A model generated the notes under the pieces. That model had not been told where the DNA came from and ran no database searches. It saw only the letters and a program-made list of their open reading frames with translations. DNA of 32,000 nucleotides from Nicoliella spurrieriana (GTDB taxonomy: Bacteria; Bacillota; Bacilli; Lactobacillales; Lactobacillaceae). Location: the NCBI RefSeq assembly GCF_023380205.1, contig NZ_CP093361.1:1298172-1330171 (forward strand), read 5' to 3'. Shown here one piece after another: positions 5,634 to 16,617 of the stretch (positions are counted from its first letter, which is position 1; each line of letters opens with the position of its first letter). The position numbers and the translations under genes were made by a program.

Positions 5634-7163
5634 TTATTTTAACAGTCCCTTGAACAATCCATAAACAAAGTCACTGGCATCAAATGGTTGTAAATCGCCC
5701 ACCTTTTCACCCAGTCCAACGTATTTGACCGGAATGTGGAGTTCGCTTCTAATGGCTAGTACGATCCCACCCTTGGCGGTGCCGTCAAGTTTAGTTAGCG
5801 TAATTCCAGTCACGTCGGTCACCTTCTTGAATAACTTTGCTTGACTCAATGCATTTTGACCGGTCGTCGCATCTAATACCAACATCACTTCGTGGGGTGC
5901 CATTGGAATTTCACGGGTTAAAATCTTCTTCATTTTAGCCAATTCATTCATTAAATTGACCTTATTTTGCAACCGTCCAGCAGTATCGACGAACAACACA
6001 TCGTATTGTTCCTTTTTAGCCTTTTGAACCGCCTCGTAAACAACCGAAGCGGGATCACTTTTCTCGGGCCTTTTGACAATATCAACCTGATCCCGTTGTG
6101 CCCACACATCCAATTGCTGAATGGCACCGGCTCTAAACGTATCAGCAGCAGCTAATAGGACCTTTTTCCCCTGGTCACGATACAACTTTGCCATTTTCCC
6201 AATCGTAGTCGTTTTCCCAACCCCATTGACCCCCACAAAGAGGATTACGGTCGGCCCTTCCTTCGCAAAGTTAATGGTATTCTTTTCACCATTTCCGTTT
6301 TGATCATATAGCTCAATTAACTTTTGCACGACCACATTTTGAACTTCGTTCCTAGATTTAACGTTTCTTAGCTTTACCTCATCCCGTAACTCATCGGTGA
6401 GGTTTACCGCCATATCAAAGCCAACGTCAGATTCAATCAACGTATCTTCGAGGTCTTCAAAGAATTCTTCGTCTACCGACCTAAAGTTAGCAAATAATTT
6501 ATTTAATCGTTGACCAAACGAAGACCGCGACTTAGCTAAGCCGTGTTCGTATTTATTGGTTTCTTGATCTGCAGTTGGTTCTGCTGATTCTACTGCATCT
6601 GATTCCACTTCATTTGAATCATCAGTATCGGCAGCTGCTTTTGAATCACTAACGTCCGATGCTTCACTAGTGGCCGTTGGTTGCTCACTTGAAGTGGATG
6701 TCAATTCCGCCTCAACTGGGGCTTGTTCATCATGTTCTAATGACTCCTCTGCACCCGGAGTGGTCTCATTAGATTGAGTCTCTTGGCTGGTCTCTGATGA
6801 AGCAGAAACGTCATTCCTTGCAGAATCAACATTCGATCGTTCAATCGAAGCGGACTGCTTTGATTCCTCACTTGCTTCAGACTCCACCGCGTCAGTCGTC
6901 GTTGATGATTCAGCATCTGATTCACTTACAGCACTAGTTGCTTCCGCAGATTCAACCCCTGTTTCACTAGCTGAGGTCGCTTCAGATTGTTCCACACTCA
7001 CTTTTGCATGGGCTTGGTCAATAACGTTACTTTCACTATTGGGTAGAGTGTCATTACCCGATTCACTTGCACTACCAGTATGGTCAGCTCCAGTGGATGC
7101 TGGTGCTGGTGATTGCGATTGCTTCTTTTTGTTCCGTCGTTTGAAAATGTCAAATAATCCCAT
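5634..7163 (-). CDS. ftsY: SRP receptor FtsY with a long acidic low-complexity N-terminal extension
   Basis: The C-terminal NG domain has GVNGVGKTTT, DTAGR and TKLDGT. Roughly the first 200 residues are S/E/T/A/D-rich. Confidence 0.95.
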   Translation of the reverse strand: MGLFDIFKRRNKKKQSQSPAPASTGADHTGSASESGNDTLPNSESNVIDQAHAKVSVEQSEATSASETGVESAEATSAVSESDAESSTTTDAVESEASEESKQSASIERSNVDSARNDVSASSETSQETQSNETTPGAEESLEHDEQAPVEAELTSTSSEQPTATSEASDVSDSKAAADTDDSNEVESDAVESAEPTADQETNKYEHGLAKSRSSFGQRLNKLFANFRSVDEEFFEDLEDTLIESDVGFDMAVNLTDELRDEVKLRNVKSRNEVQNVVVQKLIELYDQNGNGEKNTINFAKEGPTVILFVGVNGVGKTTTIGKMAKLYRDQGKKVLLAAADTFRAGAIQQLDVWAQRDQVDIVKRPEKSDPASVVYEAVQKAKKEQYDVLFVDTAGRLQNKVNLMNELAKMKKILTREIPMAPHEVMLVLDATTGQNALSQAKLFKKVTDVTGITLTKLDGTAKGGIVLAIRSELHIPVKYVGLGEKVGDLQPFDASDFVYGLFKGLLK

Positions 7164-7168
7164 TTATG

Positions 7169-10100
7169 TCATCCTTTCGTTGTTTGGGCCCTCTTTAAAT
7201 CAACAGTTAACACCTTGGAAATGCCAGAATCTTGCATCGTTACTCCATAGAGATTATCGGCATAAACCATCGTTTCCTTCCGGTGCGTAATTACAATGAA
7301 TTGGGTCTGATTCTTAAGTTTTTGAATATAACGCGCAAATCGATCAACGTTCGCGGGGTCCAAAGCTGATTCCGCCTCATCTAAAATGGTGAATGGCACC
7401 GGCCGCAACCTTAAGATGGCAAATAATAACGCAATCGCCGTTAACGACCGCTCCCCACCAGAAAGTAACGTCATACTCCGAAACCGCTTTCCAGGGGGCT
7501 GTGCCATTATCTCAATTCCAGTCGTTAATAAGTGGACGGGGTCCGTTAATTTTAACTTCGCATCCCCACCCCCAAAGATTTCCTTAAACGTAGTCGCAAA
7601 TGCTTGTTGTAATTGGTCAAAGGTATCCTTGAACCGTTTTTTAACGGTCGCATCCATTTTACTCATTGTTGATTCTAATTGCTGTTTGGACTGAATTAAG
7701 TCATCAGCTTGTTGCTTTAAAAATTGGTAGCGTTCATTGACCGCTTGAAATTCAGTAATCGAATTAACATTGACCGGCCCTAAGGCATTAATTTGGCTCT
7801 TTAACGTTGTCATTTGCTGACTAAGTGTTTTTACATCCTCAGTCACTGGCAACTGGACTAGTTGTTTAAACCGTAGTCCGTATTTTTGAATCGCTGTGGT
7901 CTTAATGGCTTGGAGTTGGTCGGTCGCCGATTGCATTGCCCGCTGTAGCTTTTCAGAACTGGTCTGAGCGCTCAATAAAGCATCCTGGGCCTGATCAATT
8001 TGCGCATCAATTGGTTGAATTAGCTGCTTCAGCCGTTTTAATTCTGTTTGGCCCGCCGCAATTTGTTGATTTAAATCAGCCACTGAGCGTTTCAATACGC
8101 TAATTTTAGTATTTAAATCAGCATTGGTCAATTGGCCGTTAATTTGATCGGTTAGCGTCTTAATGAGTTGATTCAACTTGATTTGTTGGGCCTGATTATC
8201 AGCTAAGCGTTGCTTTAATTCCTGCATTCGTTGATCGATGTGTTCAAGTTCAGACTGCGCTAACAATAATTGCTCACGATTGCTTTGTTGGCTTGATTGA
8301 ACCCGTTGCTTGCGAGCGTTTAAATCAGTAATTTGTTGATTAACCACCTTAACTTGAGCTTGATTCCGTTCAATTTGGGCATTGAGTGATGCTAATTGAG
8401 CTTTAAGATCGTCATCTTGGTTAAGTTTCAAATTATCAGTCAAAGTCCGCAAGTTGATGCGTTGGGCGGCAACGTCACGCTGATGGCCATCAATTGATGA
8501 TTGAACTTGCTTCAATTTACCAGCTAGCGTTTGAACTGATTGTTGAAGCTCTAATTTAGTCTGCCCATACTTTTGATCATCAGCTTGCAGTTGCTTTAAC
8601 TCAGCTTGGGCAGCCTTGACCTGCTGTTCCAACGTTAGCACTTTTTGGTTCGCTTTAGCGACGGAACGTTTCAATTCATTGGCCTGTTCCTTTTGGGTCA
8701 GCATCCCGTTGAACTGCTTTTGCGTCGCTCCACCGGTGATTGAACCACCCGCATTCACCACCTGCCCGTCTAGGGTCACGACTCGATAACGGCGCCCAAT
8801 TGCAGCGCTGATTTGTGTAGCTGCCCGCAGGTTATTTGCAATTAACACGTTGCCCAACAACGCCTTACGCACTGATTGATACTGGCTAGGCAATTGCACT
8901 AATTGACTGGCGACAGCCACGTATCCATCAATTGATTGAATTTGGTTTATGGTCGCTGAAGGAATCACATGCTGATTCAAACTGTTGATCGGTAGCAACG
9001 TAACGCGCCCCAAACGGCGGCTAGTCATGAACTGAACTGCTGCTCGAGCGCTTTGATTATCACTGACCATGATTTGTTGAATCCGATTGCCAAGCGCAGT
9101 TTCAATCGCTTTAATATAAGGTTCGTCCACATTGATGAACTCAGCGACCGCACCAATAATCCCATTCAGTTCGGTCCGGTGGTTCAATAGGTTCCGACTC
9201 CCCTGGAAATAGCCCCCGTGTTGATTTTGATATTCAACCAGTCCGTTCAACTTAGCACGCAATTGTTGAGCACTCTTCATTTCAGCATACCACTGGGTTT
9301 GGGATTGATTTACAGTTGCTTGTAGCGTTTGCAATTGGTGGTCGACATCGGCGAACCGGTTCGTTTGTGCAGTTAATTCAGTTTGTTTGGCAGCTAACTG
9401 CGCAGCTAGTGCCTGCTTTTGGTGTTGTAAATCTTGAATGGCAGCATCGGCGACCGAAATGCGTTGATCAATCATTTGCTTTTGACGGTCAAATTGTGCA
9501 TTATCCTTATCGGCATACGTTAAGCGGTTCTTAGCAGCACTAGCTCGTTGCAATAAATCTAAATACTGTGCCCGCAACTCATCCAATTGCTTGGCATATT
9601 CTGCATCCGTAGCCGTTAGTTCGGCTACCTCTGGTGCTTGCGATGCAGACTGGAGATCATTGATCGTCGCTTGTTGCTCATTTTGTTTTGCTTCAACGGT
9701 CATGATTTGATCTTCTAGCTTAGAATATGCTTGCATCAAATTAGCTAAGTTTTCCTTAGCAGCGCTTAATTGTTCCGTTTTAAACGTGGATTGTTGGGTA
9801 TCAAGTTGAATTTGGGCGCGATCTTTTTCAATCTGGTTACTATTCTTTAATAATTTTGCTTGAAATTGATCTTGTTGGCTGGTCAATCCGTCAATTTGTT
9901 GTTGGGTGGTACGCTTTTGTTCACGAAGGCCCTCAATTTGGCTGGTCAGTTCGCTTGCTTGCCTCTGGCTAGCCTGTAACTGGGCTTCATCAGTGGAATA
10001 CTCCTTTAACAACCGGTTTGCATCGCAGGCCAGATGCTTTTGATGTTTCTGTGCTAACGTTTGGCTTAACGTTTGGTACTTAGTAGCGGCCTGACTCTGC

Positions 10101-10720
10101 TTAGCTAACGTTGTGACTTGGGATTCCAACTCAAAAATGATGTCGTTGACCCGGCTTAAATTATCATTAGTTTCCACCAATCGTTGATCAGCGACCTGTT
10201 TTCGTTGACGGTACTTAAAAATCCCAGCGGTGGTTTCAATTATATTGCGCCGTTCCTCCGGTTTACTGTTAAAAATGGCCTCAACGTTTCCCTGTGAGAT
10301 AATCGAAAATGAGCCTAAGCCAATTCCGGTATCCATTAACAGGTTATTAATATCCTTTAATCGACACTCTTTATGGTTCAAATAATAATAACTATCGCCA
10401 TTACGAAATAGCTTTCTGGTCACTGCGACCTCGGTATAATCGGTGTTTAAATAGTGATCAGAATTATCAAAGGTCAGGGTCACTTCAGCTCGGTTCAATG
10501 CTCGATGGCTCTTTGAACCCGAAAAAATAACATCCGCCATCTTAGTACTCCGGAGATGCTTAGCAGATTGTTCCCCTAGGACCCACCGAATCGCTTCGAT
10601 TACATTACTTTTGCCACTTCCGTTCGGGCCCACGATGGCTGTTAAACCGTTTTGAAAATCAATCGTTGTTTTTTCAGCAAACGATTTAAAACCAACTAGC
10701 TGCATTGATTTTAGTTTCAA
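7169..10720 (-). CDS. smc: Chromosome partition protein SMC
   Basis: An 1183-aa protein with N-terminal Walker [11 protein letters not shown]-rich coiled coils, a hinge, and the C-terminal signature [16 protein letters not shown] plus Walker B ILDEAE. The TTG start at 10718-10720 lies 7 nt after GGAGAA. Confidence 0.97.
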   Translation of the reverse strand: MKLKSMQLVGFKSFAEKTTIDFQNGLTAIVGPNGSGKSNVIEAIRWVLGEQSAKHLRSTKMADVIFSGSKSHRALNRAEVTLTFDNSDHYLNTDYTEVAVTRKLFRNGDSYYYLNHKECRLKDINNLLMDTGIGLGSFSIISQGNVEAIFNSKPEERRNIIETTAGIFKYRQRKQVADQRLVETNDNLSRVNDIIFELESQVTTLAKQSQAATKYQTLSQTLAQKHQKHLACDANRLLKEYSTDEAQLQASQRQASELTSQIEGLREQKRTTQQQIDGLTSQQDQFQAKLLKNSNQIEKDRAQIQLDTQQSTFKTEQLSAAKENLANLMQAYSKLEDQIMTVEAKQNEQQATINDLQSASQAPEVAELTATDAEYAKQLDELRAQYLDLLQRASAAKNRLTYADKDNAQFDRQKQMIDQRISVADAAIQDLQHQKQALAAQLAAKQTELTAQTNRFADVDHQLQTLQATVNQSQTQWYAEMKSAQQLRAKLNGLVEYQNQHGGYFQGSRNLLNHRTELNGIIGAVAEFINVDEPYIKAIETALGNRIQQIMVSDNQSARAAVQFMTSRRLGRVTLLPINSLNQHVIPSATINQIQSIDGYVAVASQLVQLPSQYQSVRKALLGNVLIANNLRAATQISAAIGRRYRVVTLDGQVVNAGGSITGGATQKQFNGMLTQKEQANELKRSVAKANQKVLTLEQQVKAAQAELKQLQADDQKYGQTKLELQQSVQTLAGKLKQVQSSIDGHQRDVAAQRINLRTLTDNLKLNQDDDLKAQLASLNAQIERNQAQVKVVNQQITDLNARKQRVQSSQQSNREQLLLAQSELEHIDQRMQELKQRLADNQAQQIKLNQLIKTLTDQINGQLTNADLNTKISVLKRSVADLNQQIAAGQTELKRLKQLIQPIDAQIDQAQDALLSAQTSSEKLQRAMQSATDQLQAIKTTAIQKYGLRFKQLVQLPVTEDVKTLSQQMTTLKSQINALGPVNVNSITEFQAVNERYQFLKQQADDLIQSKQQLESTMSKMDATVKKRFKDTFDQLQQAFATTFKEIFGGGDAKLKLTDPVHLLTTGIEIMAQPPGKRFRSMTLLSGGERSLTAIALLFAILRLRPVPFTILDEAESALDPANVDRFARYIQKLKNQTQFIVITHRKETMVYADNLYGVTMQDSGISKVLTVDLKRAQTTKG

Positions 10721-10744
10721 GTTAATTCTCCATCCTGTCCAAAT

Positions 10745-11434
10745 CTATTTAAAGTACTTTAAAGCCTGCTTTGCGGCACCCTGTTCAGCATTTTTCTTTG
10801 AGTGCCCAGTCCCTACGCCATATTCCTTTCCATCAATGGTAACGGAAATTTTAAAGCGGCGGTGATTTTCAGGGCCGTTTTCATCTAAAAGATGGTATTC
10901 AATTGCGACCGGGCCGTTTACCTGGGCCTTTTCCTGAAGTTCGGTCTTATGGTCAAAAAATTCGTCGAACCACCCCGCATCCAATTTAGGAAAAATGACC
11001 TTTTCACAAAACCGGATCACCGGTTGCATTCCCTGATCTAAATACACCGCCCCGATGAACGATTCAAAAATATCACAAAGTAACGAGTCCCGGTTTCTAG
11101 CGTTTGCTTTTTCTTCACCGTGCCCCAAGCGAATGTAGCGGTCAAAGTGACATTCCCGAGCAAAGCTACTAAAACTTTGTTCATTGACCATTGCCGCTCT
11201 CAATCTAGTAAGTTGGCCTTGAGGTAATTCGGGATACCGTTTAAAAATGTATTCTGAAACCACCAATTCATAAACGGCATCCCCAAGAAACTCAATTCGT
11301 TCGTAAAATCGTAGATGATGACCCGGATGTTCGTTAACGAACGAAGCCTGGGTAAAGGCCTCATCTAATAATGATTCATCATGAAACTTAATTCCATAGT
11401 TATCAGCTAATTCTTTATCAAATGCTGCATCCAT
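10745..11434 (-). CDS. rnc: Ribonuclease III
   Basis: Carries the RNase III signature ERIEFLGDAV and a C-terminal dsRBD (GHSKKNAEQGAAKQAL). The ORF-track TTG at 11441-11443 abuts GGAG with no spacer, so the ATG at 11432-11434 is more plausible. Confidence 0.93.
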   Translation of the reverse strand: MDAAFDKELADNYGIKFHDESLLDEAFTQASFVNEHPGHHLRFYERIEFLGDAVYELVVSEYIFKRYPELPQGQLTRLRAAMVNEQSFSSFARECHFDRYIRLGHGEEKANARNRDSLLCDIFESFIGAVYLDQGMQPVIRFCEKVIFPKLDAGWFDEFFDHKTELQEKAQVNGPVAIEYHLLDENGPENHRRFKISVTIDGKEYGVGTGHSKKNAEQGAAKQALKYFK

Positions 11435-11460
11435 TTCATTCAACTCCTATTTATTGATTC

Positions 11461-11490
11461 AATAAAAAGCGATTACAAAATGTAATCGCT
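11461..11490 (-). terminator. Rho-independent terminator after acpP
   Basis: A 9-bp stem (AGCGATTAC 11468-11476 / GTAATCGCT 11482-11490) with a 5-nt loop. On the minus strand it is followed by TTTTATT. Confidence 0.55.
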
Positions 11491-11508
11491 CTACTAATCA
11501 TATTTAAT

Positions 11509-11748
11509 TTAAGAATGACTAACAATATAATCAACGGCTTCGTCAACCGTATTTAATTTTTCTGCATCATCATCATCGATATTAGCGCCAAATTCACTTT
11601 CTAAGTTCAAAACGAATTCAACAAAGTCAATTGAATCAGCATCTAAATCACGCTTAAAATTTAAACTGCCAGTAATTTTGCTCCGGTCAATTTCAAATTG
11701 ATCAGCAATCATATCAGCAACTCGATCAAAAACCTGGTCCTTTGTCAT
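11509..11748 (-). CDS. acpP: Acyl carrier protein
   Basis: A 79-aa acidic protein with the phosphopantetheine attachment motif LDADSID. It lies between plsX and rnc. Confidence 0.93.
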   Translation of the reverse strand: MTKDQVFDRVADMIADQFEIDRSKITGSLNFKRDLDADSIDFVEFVLNLESEFGANIDDDDAEKLNTVDEAVDYIVSHS

Positions 11749-11765
11749 TATTATATCCCACCATT

Positions 11766-12803
11766 TTAGTTATTCTTTGCTTCTTGTTTAATCGCCTTCA
11801 TTGCGTCTGCATGGGCGTTAAAGTAATCAACAATTTGGCCAACCGTATTCGACTCGACCATTGTATGAATCTGGCCCAATGTATTCCGGACCGTAGTCGC
11901 CTTGCTACTTCCGTGCATTTTAACGACCGGGGCTTTCACTCCAATCAAGACCGCCCCACCATACTTAGAATAGTCTAACTTAGTATTAATTTCCTTAAAG
12001 GTATTCTTTAATAAATAAGCGCCCAATTTATCAGTTAAGCCACCATTCATTATACTACTTTTAATTAAATTTAGCATCGTCAGTGCAGTTCCTTCGGTAC
12101 TCTTTAAAGCAGCATTCCCGGTAAAACCATCGGTAACCACCACGTCAGCAGCTCCGTTCAATAGTTCACGGGACTCAACGTTCCCAATGAAATTTAAATC
12201 ATGGTTAGCAGCCAATAAATCATGGACTGCACGATGCAACTTATCACCCTTGTCAGCTTCAGTCCCATTGTTCAATAAACCTACCCGGGGATTCTTAATT
12301 CCCAAGACGGCTTTAGCGTAGTAATTCCCCATGAACGCATATTGATAAAGATGAAAGGGTCTTGAATCAGCATTTGCTCCAACATCTAACATTACAAACT
12401 TACTATTTGGACCCTCGACCATAGGTAACGTGGTCGTTAACGCTGGCCGCTCAATCCCCTTAATGCGCCCAACGATGAATAAGCCAGCCGTAAGGAGCGC
12501 ACCAGTATTACCACCGGATAAAAACGCATCTGCATCACCATTCTTAACAGCTTCAGCAGCTTTGACCATGCTAGAATCCTTCTTCTTCTTCACTGCCCTA
12601 ACTGGTTCTTCACCCATTTCAATTACTTGCTCAGTATGAATGACCGTAATCCGCTCGTTATTGGCGATTAGTGGTTCCACTTGATCCTTAGGGCCGTATA
12701 ATTGAAAATGCATATCGGAATATCGATCCCGTGCCATTTCAACCCCTTTAACTACTTCAGTGGGGGCATAATCGCCGCCCATTGCGTCAACTGCAATTTT
12801 CAT
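11766..12803 (-). CDS. plsX: Phosphate acyltransferase PlsX
   Basis: MKIAVDAMGGDYAP... is the typical PlsX N-terminus. The protein is 345 aa and the position is syntenic. Confidence 0.95.
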   Translation of the reverse strand: MKIAVDAMGGDYAPTEVVKGVEMARDRYSDMHFQLYGPKDQVEPLIANNERITVIHTEQVIEMGEEPVRAVKKKKDSSMVKAAEAVKNGDADAFLSGGNTGALLTAGLFIVGRIKGIERPALTTTLPMVEGPNSKFVMLDVGANADSRPFHLYQYAFMGNYYAKAVLGIKNPRVGLLNNGTEADKGDKLHRAVHDLLAANHDLNFIGNVESRELLNGAADVVVTDGFTGNAALKSTEGTALTMLNLIKSSIMNGGLTDKLGAYLLKNTFKEINTKLDYSKYGGAVLIGVKAPVVKMHGSSKATTVRNTLGQIHTMVESNTVGQIVDYFNAHADAMKAIKQEAKNN

Positions 12804-12816
12804 TTCTATCTCTCTC

Positions 12817-14832
12817 CTAATCTAGTGAATCGGTTAATGATTCATCGTTTAAGTACTTTACTAATGGTAAATTATCGGTCAACTCGTTCCAATGCGGACT
12901 GTTAACAATTCGCTTAGCCTCTTCTTGAGCGTAGGATAACATGACCAGGTCAGCCACTGGATCACCGATTTTAAATTGAACTTGGCCGGATTGTTGTTTC
13001 CCCATCACATCTCCGGACCCCCTCAATTCGAGGTCCTTTTGGGCAACTATGAATCCATCCGTGGTCTCGACCATCACATTCATCCGTTTTTTACCGACCT
13101 CAGTCTTTGGATCAGCAACCAATATACAATACGACTGCTGATCACCACGGCCAACCCGGCCGCGCAACTGGTGTAATTGGGCCAGCCCAAAATGATCGGC
13201 ATTAAAAATCATCATTAATGATGCATTGGGGACGTCCACGCCCACTTCAATTACGGTCGTTGAAACTAAAATTTGAATTTCACGGCGCTTGAACGCTTCC
13301 ATCACCGCATTTTTTTCAGCATCCTTCATTCTACCATGAAGTAAACCAACCTGAAATCCCGGAAACGAACGTTGAAACATCTCAAGCATCGTTTCGGTAC
13401 TTTGCATATCGGACTTATCAGATTCCTCAATTAATGGTGCAATCACATACATTTGTTCGTGGTGACTTAGATGCTGCAATAAAAATGGAAATGTTGTGGA
13501 AACCTGCTTACTATTGATCCACCTAGTCACAATTGGTTTCCGTCCGGCTGGTAATTCGTTGATGACTGAAACATCCATTTCACCATAAGTAGTAATCGTC
13601 ATTGTCCGTGGAATGGGGGTGGCTGTCATAGTTAAAACGTTTGGATCGTCGCCCTTTTTACGCAAAGCAGCTCGTTGGTTGACCCCAAAGCGGTGTTGTT
13701 CATCAATGATTGCTAACCCCAGATTATGGAAATTAACTTCATCTTGAATTAGCGCATGGGTCCCAATCACCAGGTTAATTTCACCGTCCTTAATTCGTGG
13801 TAAAATTTCACGACGAACCGCCGGCTTAGTATCACCAGTCAGTAAAGCAATGTTAACTGGTAAGTTTGCAAAAATTTTAGCTAACCCATTGGCGTGTTGT
13901 TCGGCTAAAATTTCCGTTGGAACCATCAAAGCGGCCTGATATCCAGCCGTTATGGTGGCATAAATGGCGATTGCGGCAACAATCGTTTTTCCGCTCCCCA
14001 CATCACCCTGTAATAGCCGATTCATTTGAGAACCGTCCCCTAAATTGTGTAAAATCTCAGTGACAACCTTATTTTGAGCACCGGTCAGTTTAAATGGTAA
14101 GGCGTTAATAAATTGATTAATTGCAGCAATATCGTAATTAATTCGGATGCCGGAAAAGTGATGATCACGCATTCGTAATAACTGCATGCGCATTTGAAAA
14201 ATAAAAAACTCCTCAAATTTAGCAGTCCGTAACGCTAATTTAGAGGCCCGCAGATCAGCTGGAAAATGCATATCATGCACCACTTGCCGGTGTGATTCCA
14301 AACGGTAGCGTTTCCGCAGTGATTCTGGAATGAAATCCTCAATTTGAGCTTGATATTTTTCATAGGTAGCTTGAATTAACTTCCGAAGCGTTTGCTGCTT
14401 GATCTGCTTATTGACCGAATAGATGGGCGCCATTTGATTAGTCGCATTGCTAATGATCTTCATCGCCGCCATTGCCATTTGTTGACGATCAAATCGACCG
14501 TAAACCACGAGTGGTTGATTGACTGTAATTTGTTTAGCTAACCAGGGTTGGTTAAAAAAATTCACCCGAACGGCCGCGTGCTCAACTTGCAGTAGAAATG
14601 TCAATTTTGATTTTTTATATCCATACCGATAAACGCTCGGTGAATCCACCACCACGCCTTTTAACGTCACTTGAGCTTGTGGTGGCAGCGTTGCTAACGA
14701 TTGAATCTTAAAATTATCATAACGAAACGGAAAGTAATTTAACAAATCGTTAATCGTTTTAATTCCTAAACTATTCAACACGAGTTCCTTTTTAGGACCG
14801 ATGCCCTCCAGGGTGCTAACAGAATTATTCAA
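12817..14832 (-). CDS. recG: ATP-dependent DNA helicase RecG
   Basis: Helicase motifs GDVGSGKT, DEQHRFG and QLHQLRGRVGRG, with an N-terminal wedge domain. The ORF-track start is TTG (14830-14832). An in-frame ATC at 14839-14841 has better SD spacing (see findings). Confidence 0.95.
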   Translation of the reverse strand: MNNSVSTLEGIGPKKELVLNSLGIKTINDLLNYFPFRYDNFKIQSLATLPPQAQVTLKGVVVDSPSVYRYGYKKSKLTFLLQVEHAAVRVNFFNQPWLAKQITVNQPLVVYGRFDRQQMAMAAMKIISNATNQMAPIYSVNKQIKQQTLRKLIQATYEKYQAQIEDFIPESLRKRYRLESHRQVVHDMHFPADLRASKLALRTAKFEEFFIFQMRMQLLRMRDHHFSGIRINYDIAAINQFINALPFKLTGAQNKVVTEILHNLGDGSQMNRLLQGDVGSGKTIVAAIAIYATITAGYQAALMVPTEILAEQHANGLAKIFANLPVNIALLTGDTKPAVRREILPRIKDGEINLVIGTHALIQDEVNFHNLGLAIIDEQHRFGVNQRAALRKKGDDPNVLTMTATPIPRTMTITTYGEMDVSVINELPAGRKPIVTRWINSKQVSTTFPFLLQHLSHHEQMYVIAPLIEESDKSDMQSTETMLEMFQRSFPGFQVGLLHGRMKDAEKNAVMEAFKRREIQILVSTTVIEVGVDVPNASLMMIFNADHFGLAQLHQLRGRVGRGDQQSYCILVADPKTEVGKKRMNVMVETTDGFIVAQKDLELRGSGDVMGKQQSGQVQFKIGDPVADLVMLSYAQEEAKRIVNSPHWNELTDNLPLVKYLNDESLTDSLD

Positions 14833-14856
14833 ACTATCGATTTTAAATCACCTCCG

Positions 14857-14884
14857 AATAAAAAAATCGGATTAGAATCCGATT
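14857..14884 (-). terminator. Rho-independent terminator after yloV/fakA
   Basis: An 8-bp stem (AATCGGAT 14865-14872 / ATCCGATT 14877-14884) with loop TAGA. On the minus strand it is followed by a T run (plus-strand A run 14859-14866). Confidence 0.6.
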
Positions 14885-14901
14885 CGTTTTAATTAAACTA
14901 A

Positions 14902-16581
14902 TTATTCAACGGATACCAAAAATGGATAAACTGGTTGGTTCCCTTCATGAATTTCAATTTCTAGGTCTTCATCAATTTTCATGATGTTATCCTTTAATTT
15001 CTGTGATTCACGCTCATTGGCACCTTGACCATAGATAATGGTAACGGCTTCGCTATCTTCATCCAACATGGCAGCAACCATCTGAGTAGTCGCATCAATC
15101 ATGTTCGAACTAGTAACGGTAATGTTACCATCCACAATTCCCATGAATTGATTCTTCTTAATATGCACTTGATCTAATTCAGTATCCCGAACGGCCCTGG
15201 TCACTTCACCACTCTTTACGTAATCCAAATTGGCCTCCATTGCAGATTTAATATCCGCTAATTTAGCGCTAGGATCATATTCAAGCATGGCCGTCATGCC
15301 CTGTGGAATCGTCTTTGTATGGACAATTGTGGTCGGAATGTCTGCCACCTTAGCAGCCTGCTCAGCAGCTAAAAAGATATTGCTATTGTTCGGTAAAATC
15401 ACTGCCCGGTTAGCGTGCGAATTATTAATGGCATCAACAATGTCTTGGGTACTAGGATTCATGGTCTGACCACCACTGATGATATCAGTTACACCCAGGC
15501 TATTAAATAACGTCCCAATCCCGTCCCCACTAGCAACCGCAATTACAGCTGTATCGTTAGGGCGTTCAATTTCTTGTTCGGCCGGCTGGTCGTCAGTATC
15601 TTGATTGATAATGTCTTCTTGTTGTAAGCGCATGTTATCAACCTTTACGGTGGCTAAGTCACCAACTTGTTGCCCCCATGCTAAAACCTTTCCCGGATGT
15701 TCGGTATGCACATGAACCTTGACGATTTCGTCATCATTAACAACTAACAACGAATCACCCAGCTTAGCTAGATAATCATAAAATGGCTGGTATTCGAACT
15801 TTCGTTCCACTTCCTTGCCATGACCAATCCTGACCATAATTTGAGTACAATAACCGTACTTAATGTCTTCTGGATTAATTTCACTTTGAACGCTCTTATG
15901 ATGCTTAGCATCAATCATTTCGTCCATTTCTTGACTGTCAGGCTCGTTTTTTTCAATCGATACCTCACGCCCATTCAAAGAATCGGCAAACGCCTTTAAA
16001 ATAAATGCTAGCCCCTGGCCACCTGAGTCTACGACCCCTACCTGTTTTAAGACTGGTAATAATTCGGTCGTTTGTTTTAATGCATCATCGGCAGCAACAC
16101 TCACTGCATCCATTAACGCTGCGACATCCAATTCTGAATAGACTTGTCGACTCTTTTCAGCAGCCCCTCGAATCACGGTCAAGATGGTCCCTTCAGTTGG
16201 CTTCATCACGGAACTATAAGCAGTTTTAGTGGCCTCCACTAATCCATCATTAAGGTCCCTTGCATCTAAAACCCTTTTACCGGCGACCGATTTAGCAAAT
16301 CCCCGAAAAATTTGGGACAAAATCACGCCAGAGTTACCACGAGCCCCCATTAAAAGACCCTTAGCCAACGCTTCAGCCAAATCCCCCACTGAATCAGCAC
16401 CGGAATTGGCAACGTACTTAGCACCGCTTGCTAATGATAAATTCATATTAGTCCCAGTATCACCATCTGGCACCGGGAACACGTTTAAAGAATTAACAAA
16501 ATCAGCATTATTTTTAAGCGTCGCTGAGGCCGCCTTGATCATTTTTCTAAATTGATTACTGTCAATTTCTGTCACACTCAA
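14902..16581 (-). CDS. fakA: DAK2-domain protein YloV / fatty-acid kinase FakA-like
   Basis: A 559-aa protein with an N-terminal Dak2/DhaL-like region (PDGDTGTNM). Its conserved position is between asp23 and recG. The TTG start at 16579-16581 lies 8 nt after GGAGG. Confidence 0.8.
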   Translation of the reverse strand: MSVTEIDSNQFRKMIKAASATLKNNADFVNSLNVFPVPDGDTGTNMNLSLASGAKYVANSGADSVGDLAEALAKGLLMGARGNSGVILSQIFRGFAKSVAGKRVLDARDLNDGLVEATKTAYSSVMKPTEGTILTVIRGAAEKSRQVYSELDVAALMDAVSVAADDALKQTTELLPVLKQVGVVDSGGQGLAFILKAFADSLNGREVSIEKNEPDSQEMDEMIDAKHHKSVQSEINPEDIKYGYCTQIMVRIGHGKEVERKFEYQPFYDYLAKLGDSLLVVNDDEIVKVHVHTEHPGKVLAWGQQVGDLATVKVDNMRLQQEDIINQDTDDQPAEQEIERPNDTAVIAVASGDGIGTLFNSLGVTDIISGGQTMNPSTQDIVDAINNSHANRAVILPNNSNIFLAAEQAAKVADIPTTIVHTKTIPQGMTAMLEYDPSAKLADIKSAMEANLDYVKSGEVTRAVRDTELDQVHIKKNQFMGIVDGNITVTSSNMIDATTQMVAAMLDEDSEAVTIIYGQGANERESQKLKDNIMKIDEDLEIEIHEGNQPVYPFLVSVE

Positions 16582-16617
16582 ATCGATTTCCTCCTAGACG
16601 AGGAGTTCAGGTCAGTC

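Noticed and set aside
6549-7127. The FtsY acidic region as a tandem-repeat/VNTR locus at the DNA level
   Set aside because: The bias is compositional (Ser/Glu/Thr/Ala/Asp codons). I could not identify an exact or near-exact repeating DNA unit by eye, so a repeat finder would be needed to overturn this.
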